From Bugula neritina (taxonomy: Eukaryota; Animalia; Bryozoa): a stretch of DNA of 64,000 nucleotides. The stretch covers positions 13,072,642-13,136,641 of the forward strand of contig OZ037770.1 in NCBI GenBank assembly GCA_964035545.1, in the 5' to 3' direction. Every line of letters begins with the position of its first letter. Within the stretch, counting starts at the first letter, position 1. This document shows, piece by piece, positions 12,169 to 24,899 of the stretch. The notes below the pieces were generated by a model. The model did not search any database, had not been told where the DNA came from, and saw only the letters and a list, made by a program, of their open reading frames with translations. The position numbers were made by a program, and so were the translations under genes.

Positions 12169-14091
12169 TTATGGGGCATCACAAACATACTCAAGTTGTT
12201 CGTCACAGCTCACAGATACAATTCCTGCAAACATGTATTCAGTCATGTGAGGTGGCAATGATTTCATATTGTCTAGACGGAGCTCTATGCTAAAGCGTTT
12301 TTTAACCTCTATTGATAGCTCTTGCAATGGACGAAACCACCAGGCTCCACAGAATTGGTCATGTGATAGCATGTATTCTGCAAAGAGTAGTACATATGCT
12401 TTTCAAGTTTGAAGCATACACAACAAAAGATGAATTGAGATTTTTGAAGCCAACATATTTTGCTGACCCACCAGTTTGTAGTTGAATGTTAGCAAAATCA
12501 GTGGTGATGGCAATATGAAAAGATTTGGGCAATTGAAACATGTAGTATAAATATATTGTTTTTTTTTTATTTAGCAGCAAAAAAAAATATCATAACATGA
12601 ATCTTATAAAACCATTTTAAGTGCTTTACTTATATCCTTTAGGTGCAGTACGTAGTGGGAAAATTGAGAAAGCCCAAGTTCTTTAAATTTCTCTATAGAT
12701 TTTAGTTTGGGGTCTGGGTTGAAGTTCTTGCAAAAGTATAACTTCTTTTGCTACCTTTCTAATCCAGAACACAAGCTTTTCTCAATTTCTCCATTACTGC
12801 ACCTACCTCACTATATAAGTAACTATGCCAACTGAAGTTAAAGAATTAAACTTACTAGCTTCTTGGACATGCAGGTCTGTTTGGACACTCCAATACTCTT
12901 TACAGCTTTCACCGGTACAAAGTAACTCCTTTGTCACTGGCTTTCCATTGCTCCATTGCTAAAGATAGATATATACACTTGACTACACTTATAATGTACT
13001 CTTATATCTATGGTTTTGCCAACAAACTACACTTAGATAATGAGAGATAATATTACTAATTCTTAAAATAATCTCTAGCATTCCAGTATAACTCACTGAC
13101 TATAATAACATCTTGTATAATAATATGTATACAGAAACGCTCACCCATTGAGCAGCCTTGTAGTGCAATTTCCTTTCATCCTTCAGTTCAACCGTTGGTA
13201 TGTCTAGGGTAGCCCCGATAAAATACGGCCCCTGATCAGCCAAGTAATCTGTTAATAGCAGTAAATTTTATTTTATTTTATATTGCAGTCAAATTTATAA
13301 GATAACACTTGTGCAAAGACTGCCAAGTTTTTATTGCAGCACCTAGTCAAACTGCACTCTACCAAGAGAATGTGTTGGGTTGTTGCTGCTTTCACATTTG
13401 TGCTAGCTTTTCCTAATTTAAGCTGCTTACGCATACTTTTTAATATAAATTTATTCTATTGCATTTAACCACAACAATTTTAGATTTTCTAAATACAGCT
13501 CATTTTCAATTAGTATCAGTAATGCATTATTAATACCTGCAAAGTACTTACTAAACACGTCGACATGCTTGTTCAACTTATGCTCATGCTTCGCGTAGAA
13601 GTGAAAGTCGAGGAGCATACTAACTATTTTGTCGGGGCTATCGAGCACAGACGGCTTGCCAGATGGACATGGCTGTGCCTGAAACTGGTAGCGTCCAGGT
13701 CTCTCAACAGACATACCCACTGCATGTTAAAGTGATACAGTTACAAATATGCAAATAACAACTTTCTTGAAATAACCCAACTGGTGAACTATATCAGACA
13801 ACTTTGACACAACTAGTAACACCTGATATAATGCTGGCAGCCAGTCAGTGTTGTAACATTTTCAATTAATGACTGCATTTTCAAAGCTTATAATTTCTTG
13901 AAAGCGTTCAAAGTTTGTATGCCAAATAAAGACCCATACATGCAATTTTTATTTATTATGTCATTCATAATTTATTATAAAAATTATAAATATATTAATT
14001 TTTTATTACTAATATGAAAATTCTTACTAGCTCACTTACCATTAATCAAACAGGACATGAGTAATCCAAAGAAATATACCGTCAATTCCAT
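12169..14091 (-). CDS. Secreted protein with an atypical C-type lectin-like domain; exons 14091-14040, 13719-13552, 13248-13145, 12958-12856, 12377-12169 (~210 aa)
   Basis: Five GT-AG exons join in frame: signal peptide MELTVYFFGLLMSCLINV, then ...QPCPSG...YFIGAT...AQW|QWSNGKP...DQFCGAWW...VSCDEQLEYVCDAP*. The (W/F)IG, W-W-NG and C..CxxxLxYVC pattern is that of CTLDs. A probable 5'UTR exon donor lies near 15098. Confidence 0.8.
12642..12803. mobile_element. Tc1/mariner-type MITE (TA TSD)
   Basis: TA|GGTGCAGTA...GAAAATTGAGAAA.....TTTCTCAATTTC...TACTGCACC|TA. Related copies lie at ~9706-9855, ~29633-29770 and ~33830-33968. Confidence 0.75.
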
Positions 14092-14763
14092 TGCGTAGCT
14101 CAAAAAACTGAAAAAGACATTTTGAAACATAATAAGTATAACTATAAGCCAGAGCAATGTTCTTGTTGCAATGAGAATAAAATTCAATTAAAATGCAACT
14201 GTTAAATAAATTATATTTTGGATATGCTTTACATAAACTTTAGGTAAGACAATGTAAATAATTACTATAACTGTTTAAACTACTATATCTATCAGTATAA
14301 CTATCACTATGAGTATGACTATGACTACTTTAACTGGTAATCAAAGGCTTGTGACATGGAATCGCGGTAGAGACTGCAGTATTTACCATGAGTATGAGCA
14401 TAAGGATAATCATAAAAATGACTTATAAATAAGTATACCTTTGAAGACATAGAATACTTGGAAACATTCAAGGTGAAGGTTATAGAAGTGCCTCATTTGT
14501 TTCACAGTGTGGGCTAAAGGTTGGTAATTGTGTTAATATTTTTTTAGTACAGCTACCTTATCCTGATTTTCATGCTGAGTATAACTATAACAGTTATACT
14601 ATAAGGATGCTTCAATTAATATTATTACAACATATAAAGATTAATAAGTATAATAACTTTAAGTTTAGGCCTTAGAGTAAGACTAACTCTAACTCTAAGA
14701 GTTAGAGTAAGTGAAAATCAAAATAGTAATACTAATAGTAATAGTAATAGTAATAGTAATACC

Positions 14764-14856
14764 AATAGTAATTTTAATACTGTAACGCAGTTACATTAAT
14801 AGTAATAGTTACTATTACTATTAATGTAACTGCGTTACAGTATTAGAATTACTATT
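14764..14856. repeat. Near-perfect palindrome, 46-bp arms, 1-nt spacer
   Basis: AATAGTAATTTTAATACTGTAACGCAGTTACATTAATAGTAATAGT-T-ACTATTACTATTAATGTAACTGCGTTACAGTATTAGAATTACTATT (1 mismatch). Confidence 0.9.
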
Positions 14857-17800
14857 AATATTATTGTAATAGTAATACTTACACTAATAGTAATACTATT
14901 AGCAATACTACTAGTAGTAGTACTATTAGTATTACTACTACTACTACTACTAGATTTACTTTTAAGTTTTAGAATAAGTATTAGTGTAACCATAACGATA
15001 ATTCTATTTTCTATTACTATTAATATTACATCTGAGATCAAATTATCTATTAATAATTTTAGTTATAAAGCTGAACAAAACTTAGACTGTAAACTTACTT
15101 TCTAGTACTTCAAAAATTCTGCTTCGTGGTCGGTTCAAATGGCGATGCTTGCCTTCAATTCAGTCTGCTACACGTGTTTTATAAATATCAATACGCGACC
15201 AATTTTCTGTAGTGCTGTAAATGTTATGGCTCCGATATTTATGAGAGAGTGTTGAACAGAAACTCTATACTTGAAAACACGTCATTGGCCCAATTACATC
15301 AGCATAGCTCGAAAGTTTACCGAAGTCAGATGTAAGAGAATGTAACTCCTAAGTATGATTGATGACCATATAACAAGACAGCTGTGTCGCTAGTGATTTA
15401 ATTTGAGTATGATGATTTATGTGGTTCGTAGAATTTTGTCATCATACTGATACTTTCATGAATATAAAATACTAACAAAATGATTAATATCTTCATTAAA
15501 TACTAATGAGTAATTTACCATGTACCATAATCGTTAATATTACCCAATAAGAAAGCCAAAAATGAGTTGTTATATTATATCCTTATTGCCTCTAGCACTT
15601 GATTTTTTCGTAAAAATTCAGTTTGATGGATTGTGTTGCTAGAAAGGTAATGAGAAAAAATATCTACTTTACTCTTTTCAAAAAGTAAGACGTCATTTGC
15701 CTGACTGATCTTAATTTGTGTATGTGCAAAGAAAATTCTAAATATTCGTATATACATGTAATCAACATGATAACTGGACGAAAGTTACTTTCTTGTAGTA
15801 TATATTATATTATATATTATGCATACTCAGAGCATTCAATCCAATGTACTCCCATCGCATCTCATCCAAATGCATCTTCCTCTCACTACATGTGCTAATA
15901 TAATATAATGCATGCGATAATTGCACAATTCTGAGTTGTCCCATCTTGTACATTTGCAACTTTCTAGTGATTACCAAGAGCGAAGTGAATTGTCAACAGC
16001 TAATGTTTAATACAACCAGCAAACTTAATAAATATTGAAACCCTGTAACTGCATGCAGAATCTATAAATTTAAATGCTTCATACAGCTAAGCGAAATATT
16101 GAATTTCGATCATACAATTTTTTAACAGAGTAGCCGGTTTGTTTTTTATGCAATGCACGACAATAGTTTAAATACTGTTTTATTAAATTTCATTTAAGAA
16201 AAAAACATATATAACAGTAAGCTAATAACATGCAGCTAAATATGTTTTTTTGCAAATTTCAAAGCATATCATAGTAAAGAATTGACATCAATCAGGCATC
16301 GATGTTGTGCAAAAACTGAGAGTGCTGCCTATAAATATTGCAGCTATAAAAGGCGTCTAGACCAGTTAGAGACTTTGATATGCTACTGCTGCCCACGCAG
16401 TTGCCGCCTCCTGATGCTTGGTCTCTCAGAAAGTCTTGAGATAATGTTGTTACGAAAAGTGATGTAGCTCCGCGTCCAGTAGCATGGCTATTGCTCTAGA
16501 AAGTACTGGAAAGTGCCGGATATAGTGAGTGTAGATGGCAATCTTGCTACAGAAGATTAGCATTTTACTATGACCTCAAATGGTATAAAGCAGCAATATT
16601 CCCTTCAGCTCCAATACAGTGTATGACAGAATTAAAGATAAGAAGTTGTTTTAAAAAGAATTAAACATGGCTCATTAGAATGAGATTTAGATTCAATCCT
16701 ATTTACTGCAAACCTGTAATTTAATGTTTTATAAGTTCTTGTTTTAAGCATTTACTGCTTTTTCAGAGAACAGTTATGGTACTGAAGCTACACAGATTTG
16801 TAAATGTACATAGACATGGCTTGTATATAGACACACCAGTTAAAGCGATATATACATATACTTACTTGCAAACTCTAAATTCTGTAATAAACTAACATCA
16901 CTACTTCAGAGTTATCTTATCATAGGAAAAGTTCTCAGTCTCTTGTGAGGCAGACAGGTTATCTCTCTGTTGGGAGGCAGCCTACCAGATCTCATGTCAG
17001 ACAGTATCTGTGTACACAATAATAACAGAGAGAGAGATGCTGCCTACAATTAGACTTTCACTGCATGTTCAACTATAAAACAACTTTGAATTGTAGTCTG
17101 AATGTAACTAAGCTGTGAAATAGCTCTGATACTTTGAGTAACATAACATATTCTACACAGGAAAGAGCAAAACATTCTGGAAAAAAGGAGTTTGTTGTGT
17201 GAGCATTCATATGTTTAGGCTATGTTTGCTTTATTAGATTTAGAGACTGGTTGAAGAGCAAAGGTAGATTGAGGTAGATGTAGATAAGGAGGTAGACACA
17301 AACTGACTAGGAATAAACCAGCATTAACATTTATATATCAAGACAAAGCACATTCAGTATAATATCATCAACAGTGTGATGTATGATACTTCTACAGGTA
17401 ATCGTGTTCAAAGAAAAAAGAAATCAGGAATGCCCACTAGAGCAAGAAGTTGAACAAATAAAATTCTGTTCACACCAAACACTCAAGTGACATTTCAATC
17501 ATTTAACTCACTTCAACCATATGAGCAGAACCATAAAAGAATTGTGAGAGCAGATAGCTCAGATAAGAAAGCAAATCTTTTTGAAAATTATGTTGAGGTG
17601 ACCATTGATGACGGCTGAACAAAAGAGAATTGACAAGCAGAGCTCACCTGAAATGGTTTAGTTATTAATTAAATGCCTGGTGTACCTATAATAAAGGGTA
17701 TCAAAATGAAAGTACAGAGCAAAAGCTCTAGCTAATTAGAAGTCCAACTATACTAAAGTATGGCATTTCAGTGGTTGGCATTGTGACATTAAAAAGAAGG

Positions 17801-18765
17801 TAAAAATGAAAAAAGAGAAAGATAAAAAGAAAGCCAAGGATGGCTTGAAATCAAAAATAAATTTTTATGATTTTTGCTATCAAGAACTTTGGGCTAGAGG
17901 CTGGTCTAGATAGGCATGCCAGACCAATTAATATAATGCTGTCATCGTTCAACCCACAGATAGCTATATCAATAGACACATTCACAACAGCTAGGCTTTT
18001 TTTCCTAGCATAGTCAATTTACATCAAGGATTAAAATTAGCAGAGCTGTTGATAAAAATTAATTCTAGCATTATTTCATTACACTAGAGCATATAACTAT
18101 AACATTTTCAATCCATTGTATTGTAAAAATCATTCCTTAATTAATGCTCTGATCCACTATATAAGTGTCAGATCAGAAAATACATAGTGTTGTGTGTTTT
18201 TGCAGAGTAGATACTGCACAATAATGTAATACATTTACAGAGAATAATATGCTGGTAGTGATTATAGTATAGTCAACAATTTGAGTAGGCTATGAGTGGT
18301 AAATAATTTACCAAGTAAATGTAACCTGATATAGTGGTGGTACACTATAATTTAGTTCCTAGAAAGTCAGTTCTTAGAAAATATGCTATTCTTGAAACAG
18401 TAAATAATTATAGATGTATGGGGCTTTCTTCCTTTTTTATTTGTTTAACTCTTACTTCTGTATTTCACAAGTTATATCTTTAAGATATTCCAACTCGCTG
18501 AATTATGGTTTCCGTTGGTACTGAGGCTTGCCTGCTTACTTGAAACTTTCAGTGAGATGACTGCTGTGACAGGTTGAAGTAACTATAAATTATTATATCT
18601 ATTCCGTCATTGGGACGTATATGATTATTCAATCATATTAACATATAGATGACATTTAACGTTAATTATATACTTGATGAATTATACAAATTTGATATAA
18701 CCAGGTGTTTTACTTCACTTATAAAATCTAATATCTACAAAGTCAACACGTGAACAACTAATACA

Positions 18766-19815
18766 TATTATTGTATTTTCTTGTTATAAAACATATATTT
18801 CAGGCTATGAGTTATGGTATAATTAATGCTGGTATAACTTATGAGTCTTAGAGATCCTGATATGGTCAATACCGGGATGGTGTCACCAACAATTCCTCAC
18901 GTAGCAGTTAGCACATTGCTTGACTTGAACCTGCGGACCAACCAGCAACTTACCTGGTTAGACTCATCGCCCGTACCTCAGAAATCCAAAACAACCCGAC
19001 TATAAAAGGCAGCATAGAAGCAGCGACAGGATTATCAACGATCAGAAGAGCCGTTAATAATCGAAAGAGTCATAGTATATTTAGTTTTGTGTGAAATAAT
19101 TTAGAAACTCAAATATTTAATTGAATTTCAATCCAATCAATTTCGGACTAAGAAGTTCCATTGGAAGTAATTTGATTTATTTTTTTTGTGATGTACTAAT
19201 TTTTGTTATTGTTTATTTTATTACTGTATAACTTGTACTTGGAGAAACCATCATTAAACTGAAAATTTACTTTGAAGTCGGTAAATTACATTTGAAGGAA
19301 TATTGTTGACATTGGGAATTTATTTAGTTACGTAGGTTGCTTGAGGAAACTGTCTTGGAATTGTTTGATCTTTTAAGCTACACCAAATTTATGTTTAACA
19401 GGCTTATCAATTTTTGTTGCCAGTATATTATACACAGCGGGATTTCAAAGGGTCGCTAGGATATACATATATATGTTTGTTTTATTTCTTTTGGGTTTGG
19501 TTATTATAATAATTTTTCTTGTCTTATAATTTTTGTTTCCATATTATTATCAAATAGATATTTTAAAACGCATGCAAAATCCATAGTTTTATTCATTTCC
19601 GGAGAGGCAGGTCCTAAATTTGTCTCACGAAATTTATAACCTGAGTGCTACCATTACACAATACACATAGAACCACACATATTGTTTATACATAAATAAT
19701 ATTGCCAAGCCAAACCATTAATAAACATTTGTCGAGCGGAGATAACTCCTATATTTTTATTCTGCAGTTATTGGATTGTAGATACTAATTTCAAAGCAAA
19801 ATTATCAAATAATAT
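18766..19815 (+). repeat. LTR-like dispersed repeat module; its 5' part recurs at ~27300-27676 and its 3' part at ~25873-26563
   Basis: The same sequences occur at both sites (e.g. GGTCAATACCGGGATGGTGTCACCAACAATTCCTCACG; TCCGGAGAGGCAGGTCCTAAATTTGTCTCACG), with a TATA-like CTATAAAAGGCAGC near 19000. LTR identity is inferred only. Confidence 0.6.
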
Positions 19816-20564
19816 CTAACTTGTCAATTGTCTCTCCTTGAATTAATCAAGCGAAAAGTTATTTTCATTCAAGTAATATAAATAAATAAATATACACATA
19901 TTTCAATAAGTTTATAAACTATAACTATTAAAAATTATTAAAATTATATATATATATAACTTTTAATTTTATTTTATTTTCGTTCGACATAAGTTCATTT
20001 CAGGACTGATAATGGTAAGCAAATTTACTAACAAGAAGAAAAAATATTTCAGCCAAAAAAACTGGCTTTCCACAGGGAAGCTGGCAGGACTATTGTAGCC
20101 TACAACCATGAAAGATAATTTTACGTTAAATCTTCTAATTTCATAGGTAAGCTGAAGTGTTAGAAATCCACAATACCTAATACCAGCCTCTGTTTGTATG
20201 TTAGGAAAGTAAAGTTTCAAAGAATTTGAGGGGTCAGGCTAGTAAAACAATTGGTGAGCTGCGAAACGAAATGCCCACAGGAGCAAGAAGTTGAACAAAT
20301 AAATTAGTTCTGTACACAACAAAAACTCAAGGCACAAGCAATCTTTGTTAAGAATATTATTTTAAGGTGACCATTGATGACAACTAAGCAAGAGAAAATT
20401 TATCATCACTTTTTTCTTTCACTTTATTTACTACTGTGCATTTATTGAACTTAGATTTATTGAACCATTTTTTGAGTCCATGCAAACACAGTTTTTGTGA
20501 CCACACCTTGCTCAACTCAAGACTGTCATCATCCTACTCACAGACAGCTATATCAATAGCCAGT

Positions 20565-21000
20565 ACTGGGTATCCCGGAACACTGACATGCGGATTAACG
20601 AAGCGTGTGGCGAGTTGGGCAACCGCATCTGCCACCAATGTCGGAGGAAGTTCTCCTTCACACTTTGTTATTGTGTTTTGTGCGTGTGGGGAATTCTCAT
20701 ATCAACTCGATTATAGGCTGCACCATCAGCGCATATCGAGTTGCTACACGAGCAATACGTTCGTGGTCAATGAGGCCACATTCCCAGAGTTCCGGGATCT
20801 CATCTTGCCGCACGTTGGAAACCACCGCAAACGGGTTTCTCCGTGATGGAGGACAACCCTGAGCTGGAGCTTGCCTAATACAGACTACCCATTCTACATA
20901 TAATAAAGATTGATTTTACTAAAGACTACTCTACATCTTGTTCTTTCTTACAAAGAGCTATCTTCAACACTTGACTGCATTCAACCCACAAGTTACTACA
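20565..21000 (+). mobile_element. Probable LTR fragment of a Gypsy-like retrotransposon
   Basis: GC-richer island with AATAAA near 20902, ending in ...GTTACTACA followed by GGTG, a typical LTR 3' end. No internal ORF. Confidence 0.4.
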
Positions 21001-21499
21001 GGTGTTGAAAATGCCGTGCCAACTCAGAAGAGAAAGGGCTGGCAATTGACAATTATATGAGCAATATGAAGAAGGTGATCACATTAGATTATTCAACAAT
21101 GTTGAATTTGAACAAACCGATGACAATGAAAAATAAAATTTGTTTTGCCATGTTTTTAAAAATTATTATTTAAAGGTGACCGTTGATGACAGTTGAACAA
21201 AAGAAAATTGACCAACAAAGCTGAGCTCACCAGATGACCTACTGAATCTGGAAGTAGATCTGGTGAGTCCACCCCAGTCAAAAAGTATGTGATGCTGTGA
21301 AACACAAAAAAGTGTTGCACAGCATCACTCTATCTGTAAAAAAAAATGCCCACAGGAACAAGAAGTTGAAAAAAATAGTTGTGTACACAACAAAAATTTA
21401 GGCTGTGCACAAATAGTTGAGGTGTGAACAGCTATAGTTGGGGTAAATTATAACTACTCTCTAATACACCACATAATTCTAAACTATTTTCGAATGACT

Positions 21500-24430
21500 A
21501 CCTGTTGGAAGCTGATAAGACTATTGTAACTTACAATCACTAAAGATAATTTTACATTAAACCATCTGAGTTCATAGCGTTATAAATCCACAATACCCAA
21601 TGGTGACACATGTTTGTATGGTTAAAAAATAGAGTTTTAAAAAATTTGAGGGGTCAGGCTAGTAAAACAATTGGCAAAAAGTAAAATTCCATAGCAAAAC
21701 GAGAGCAGCCCACTCGTTGACTGCTATATAGATGTGGTACGTGATTTAAAGGACAAAATATGTGTTAATGCCCGATTAAATGGAAACCCTGTTTTGTTGC
21801 CAGTAGAAGAGTTAGAAAAAATGTGTATGAGGCTCACTGCAGTGCTAAGGTCTGGACCTATAAGAATGTATAGTAACGAATATGTCTGGGCATTAAACAT
21901 ATGCGAAATCCAATTAGAGAACCTTGGTCCTAATGGAAAAAGCCAATTTAAAGTTAATAAGCTAAATCTGAAATTCCTGTAAAGTTATATAATAATGTAA
22001 AGTGCAAAATTGAATCTGGTTATACAAATATTTTGCTATTTCCTGTTGAAGAAAATCTTCCCCAAAGCTAGTGTGTAGCGAAGATTTATTATCGAATTGT
22101 GTCGACATTTTCTTCTAAGTAATTGATCACCTGGGCACAAACTATGCAATGCTGTAAAAAATAAATGCCCACTGAAGCAAGATATTAAAAAAAAAGTTCT
22201 ATGCACGCACAACAAAATCTCAAGTGCAGGCAATCTTTTAAAAAATTTATTTTGAGGTAACTATTAATGACGGCTGAACAAAAAAATGACAAGCAGAGCT
22301 CACCTGAGATAGCTTAGTATTAAATTAAATGCCTGGTGTACCTATGAAAGACAGAGCAAACGCTCTAGCTAATTAGAAGTTCAGCAAGTTTAAACAAGTC
22401 AAACAAGTTCAAACATGTTTAAATGTTAAATATGCTAAATGAGATTACAATTGATAGAGAAATTCAATAATTTCCCAATCATTAGAGAATGCAGGAATGT
22501 CTTTTAAGTCACCTGGATGTTACTAGTTTTAGGTAAAGCCGTGTTCAGGCAAGCCATCTGAACTCAATAGCTTCAAATATTTTTTGAGCTGATAGGTGAG
22601 CTAAAGTGTTATAAATCCACAATACCTAATGGTGACCCATGTTTGTATGGTTAAAAAAAGTAGAGTTTTAGAGAATTTGAGGGATCAGGCTAGTAAAATA
22701 ATTGGCAAAAAGTAAAATTCCACAGCAAAACGAGAGCAGCTCACTCGTTGACTGCTATATAGATGTGGTACGTGATTTAGAGGACAAAACATGCGTCAAT
22801 GCTCGCTTAAATGGAAACCCTGTTATGTTGCCAGTAGAAGAATTAGAAAAAATGTGCATGAGGCTCACTGCAGTGCTAAGGTTTGGACCTATAAGAATGT
22901 ATAATAACGAATATGTCTGAGCATTAAACATATGTGAAATCCAATTAGAGGACCTTGGTCCTAACGAAAAAATCTATTTTAAAGTTAATAAGCTAAATCT
23001 GAAATTTCTGTAAAGCTATATAATAATGAAAAGTGTGCAATCGAATCTGGGCATGCAAATATTTTGCTATTTCTTGTTGAAGAAAATCTTCCCCAAAACT
23101 AGTGTTTAGCAAAGATTCATTATCGAATTGTGTCGACATTTTCTTCTAAGTAATTGATCACCTGGGCACAAACTATGCAATGCTGTAGAAAATAAATGCC
23201 CACTGAAGCAAGGAATTGAAAAAAAAAAAATTTCTACGCACGCACAACAAACCCTCAAGTGCAAGCAATCTTTTAAAAAATTTATTTTGAGGTTACCAAT
23301 AATGACGGCTGAACAAAAAAAATGACAAGCAGAGCTCACCTGAGAGAGCTTAGTATTAAATTAAATGCCTGGGGTACCTATGGAAGATATCAAAATAAAA
23401 ATACAGAGCAAATTCTCTAGCTAATTAGAAGTTCAGCAAGTTTAAACAAGTCAAACAAGTTCAAACATGTTTAAATGTTAAATATGCTAAATGAGATTAC
23501 AATTGATAGAGAAATTCAATAATTTCCCAATCATTAGAAAATGCGGGAATGTCTTTTAAGTCACCTGGATGCTACAAGTTTTAGGTAAAGCCGTGTTTAT
23601 CAGGCAAGCCTTCTGAACTCAATATAGCTTCAAATATTTTTTGAGCTGATAGGTGAGCTAAAGTGTTATAAATCCACAATACCCAATGGTGACACATGTT
23701 TGTATGGTTAAAAAATAGAGTTTTAAAGAATTTGAGGGGTCAGGCTAGTAAAACAATTGGCAAAAAGTAAAATTCCAAAGCAAAACGAGAGCAGCCCACT
23801 CGTTGACTGCTATATAGATGTGGTACGTGATTTACAAGACAAAACTTGTGTTAATGCTCGATTAAATGGAAAGCCTGTTTTGTTGACAGTAGAAGAGTTA
23901 GAAAAAATGTGTATGAGGCTCACTGCAGTGCTAAGGTCTGAACCTATAAGAATGTATAATAACGAATATGTCTGAGCATTAAACATATGTGAAATCCAAT
24001 TAGAGAACCTTGGTCCTAATGAAAAAAGCTATTTTAAAGTTAATATGCCAAATCTGAAATTTCTGTAAAGCTATATAATAATGAAAAGTGTGCAATCGAA
24101 TCTGGGCATGCAAATATTTTGCTATCTCCTGTTGAAGAAAATCTTCCCCAAAACTAGTGTATAGCAAAGACTTATTACCGAATTGTGTCGACATTTGCTT
24201 TTAAGTAATTGATCACCTGGGGACTAACCTATGTAATGTTGTGAAAAATGAATGCAAGAAATTGAAAAAACAAAATAGTACTGTACACAACAAAGACCCA
24301 AGTGGAAGTTTTCATCATTCAACTCACTTCAACAATATAAGCAAGACCATAAAAGAATTGAAAGAGCAAATAGCTCAAATAAGGAAGAAAACTATTAAAA
24401 AAAAACAAACAGAAAGAGTAAGTTAATAGA
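21500..24430 (+). pseudogene. Three tandem ~1.04-kb units, each carrying a stop/frameshift-disrupted copy of an unidentified ORF
   Basis: TTGGCAAAAAGTAAAATTCC recurs at 21671, 22702 and 23757. Each unit encodes ..NESSPLVDCYIDVVRDL.DK.CVNARLNG.PVLLPVEELEKMCMRLTAVLR.. with in-frame stops (TGG in unit 1 versus TGA in units 2 and 3). Confidence 0.75.
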
Positions 24431-24899
24431 ATGCATCAGTTTAAATATTTTTTCTATAAATATTTTTTTAAGGGAATGAAGTCCTACTAGTTATTTCAAT
24501 TCATCTTACTCTGTTTAAATCACTCATCGTTGAGTAATGCTTTTATTTTTAACGTTGAAGAGGTAACGATCCTACTCCAAAAAAGTAAAAAGCTAATAAA
24601 GGTTCTACCAATCAAACAGATAGGTATTTGATATATGCCTAGACAATGACAACTCTGGAGAAGCACAATAATATCTGTTTAAGAAAAAAGATGATAGAAA
24701 AAAGAAATCATATTCTTTAGTAAATGGCCAAGAATAGTTACTGTTTGTATTTGAGCTTTTGAGTAGAGTTTGCAAACTCAATTATGATCTCCGTAACCTT
24801 AAAAAAGTAAGTTTAAAAGAATTTGAAGGGTTAGGTTAGTAAAATAACCTCGACTATAAAAGGCAGCACTATATATATATAAATTTATAAGTTATCAAG

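Noticed and set aside
21500-24430. CRISPR-like or phage-like repeated array
   Set aside because: The units are ~1 kb duplications without short repeat-spacer structure, and the context is eukaryotic.
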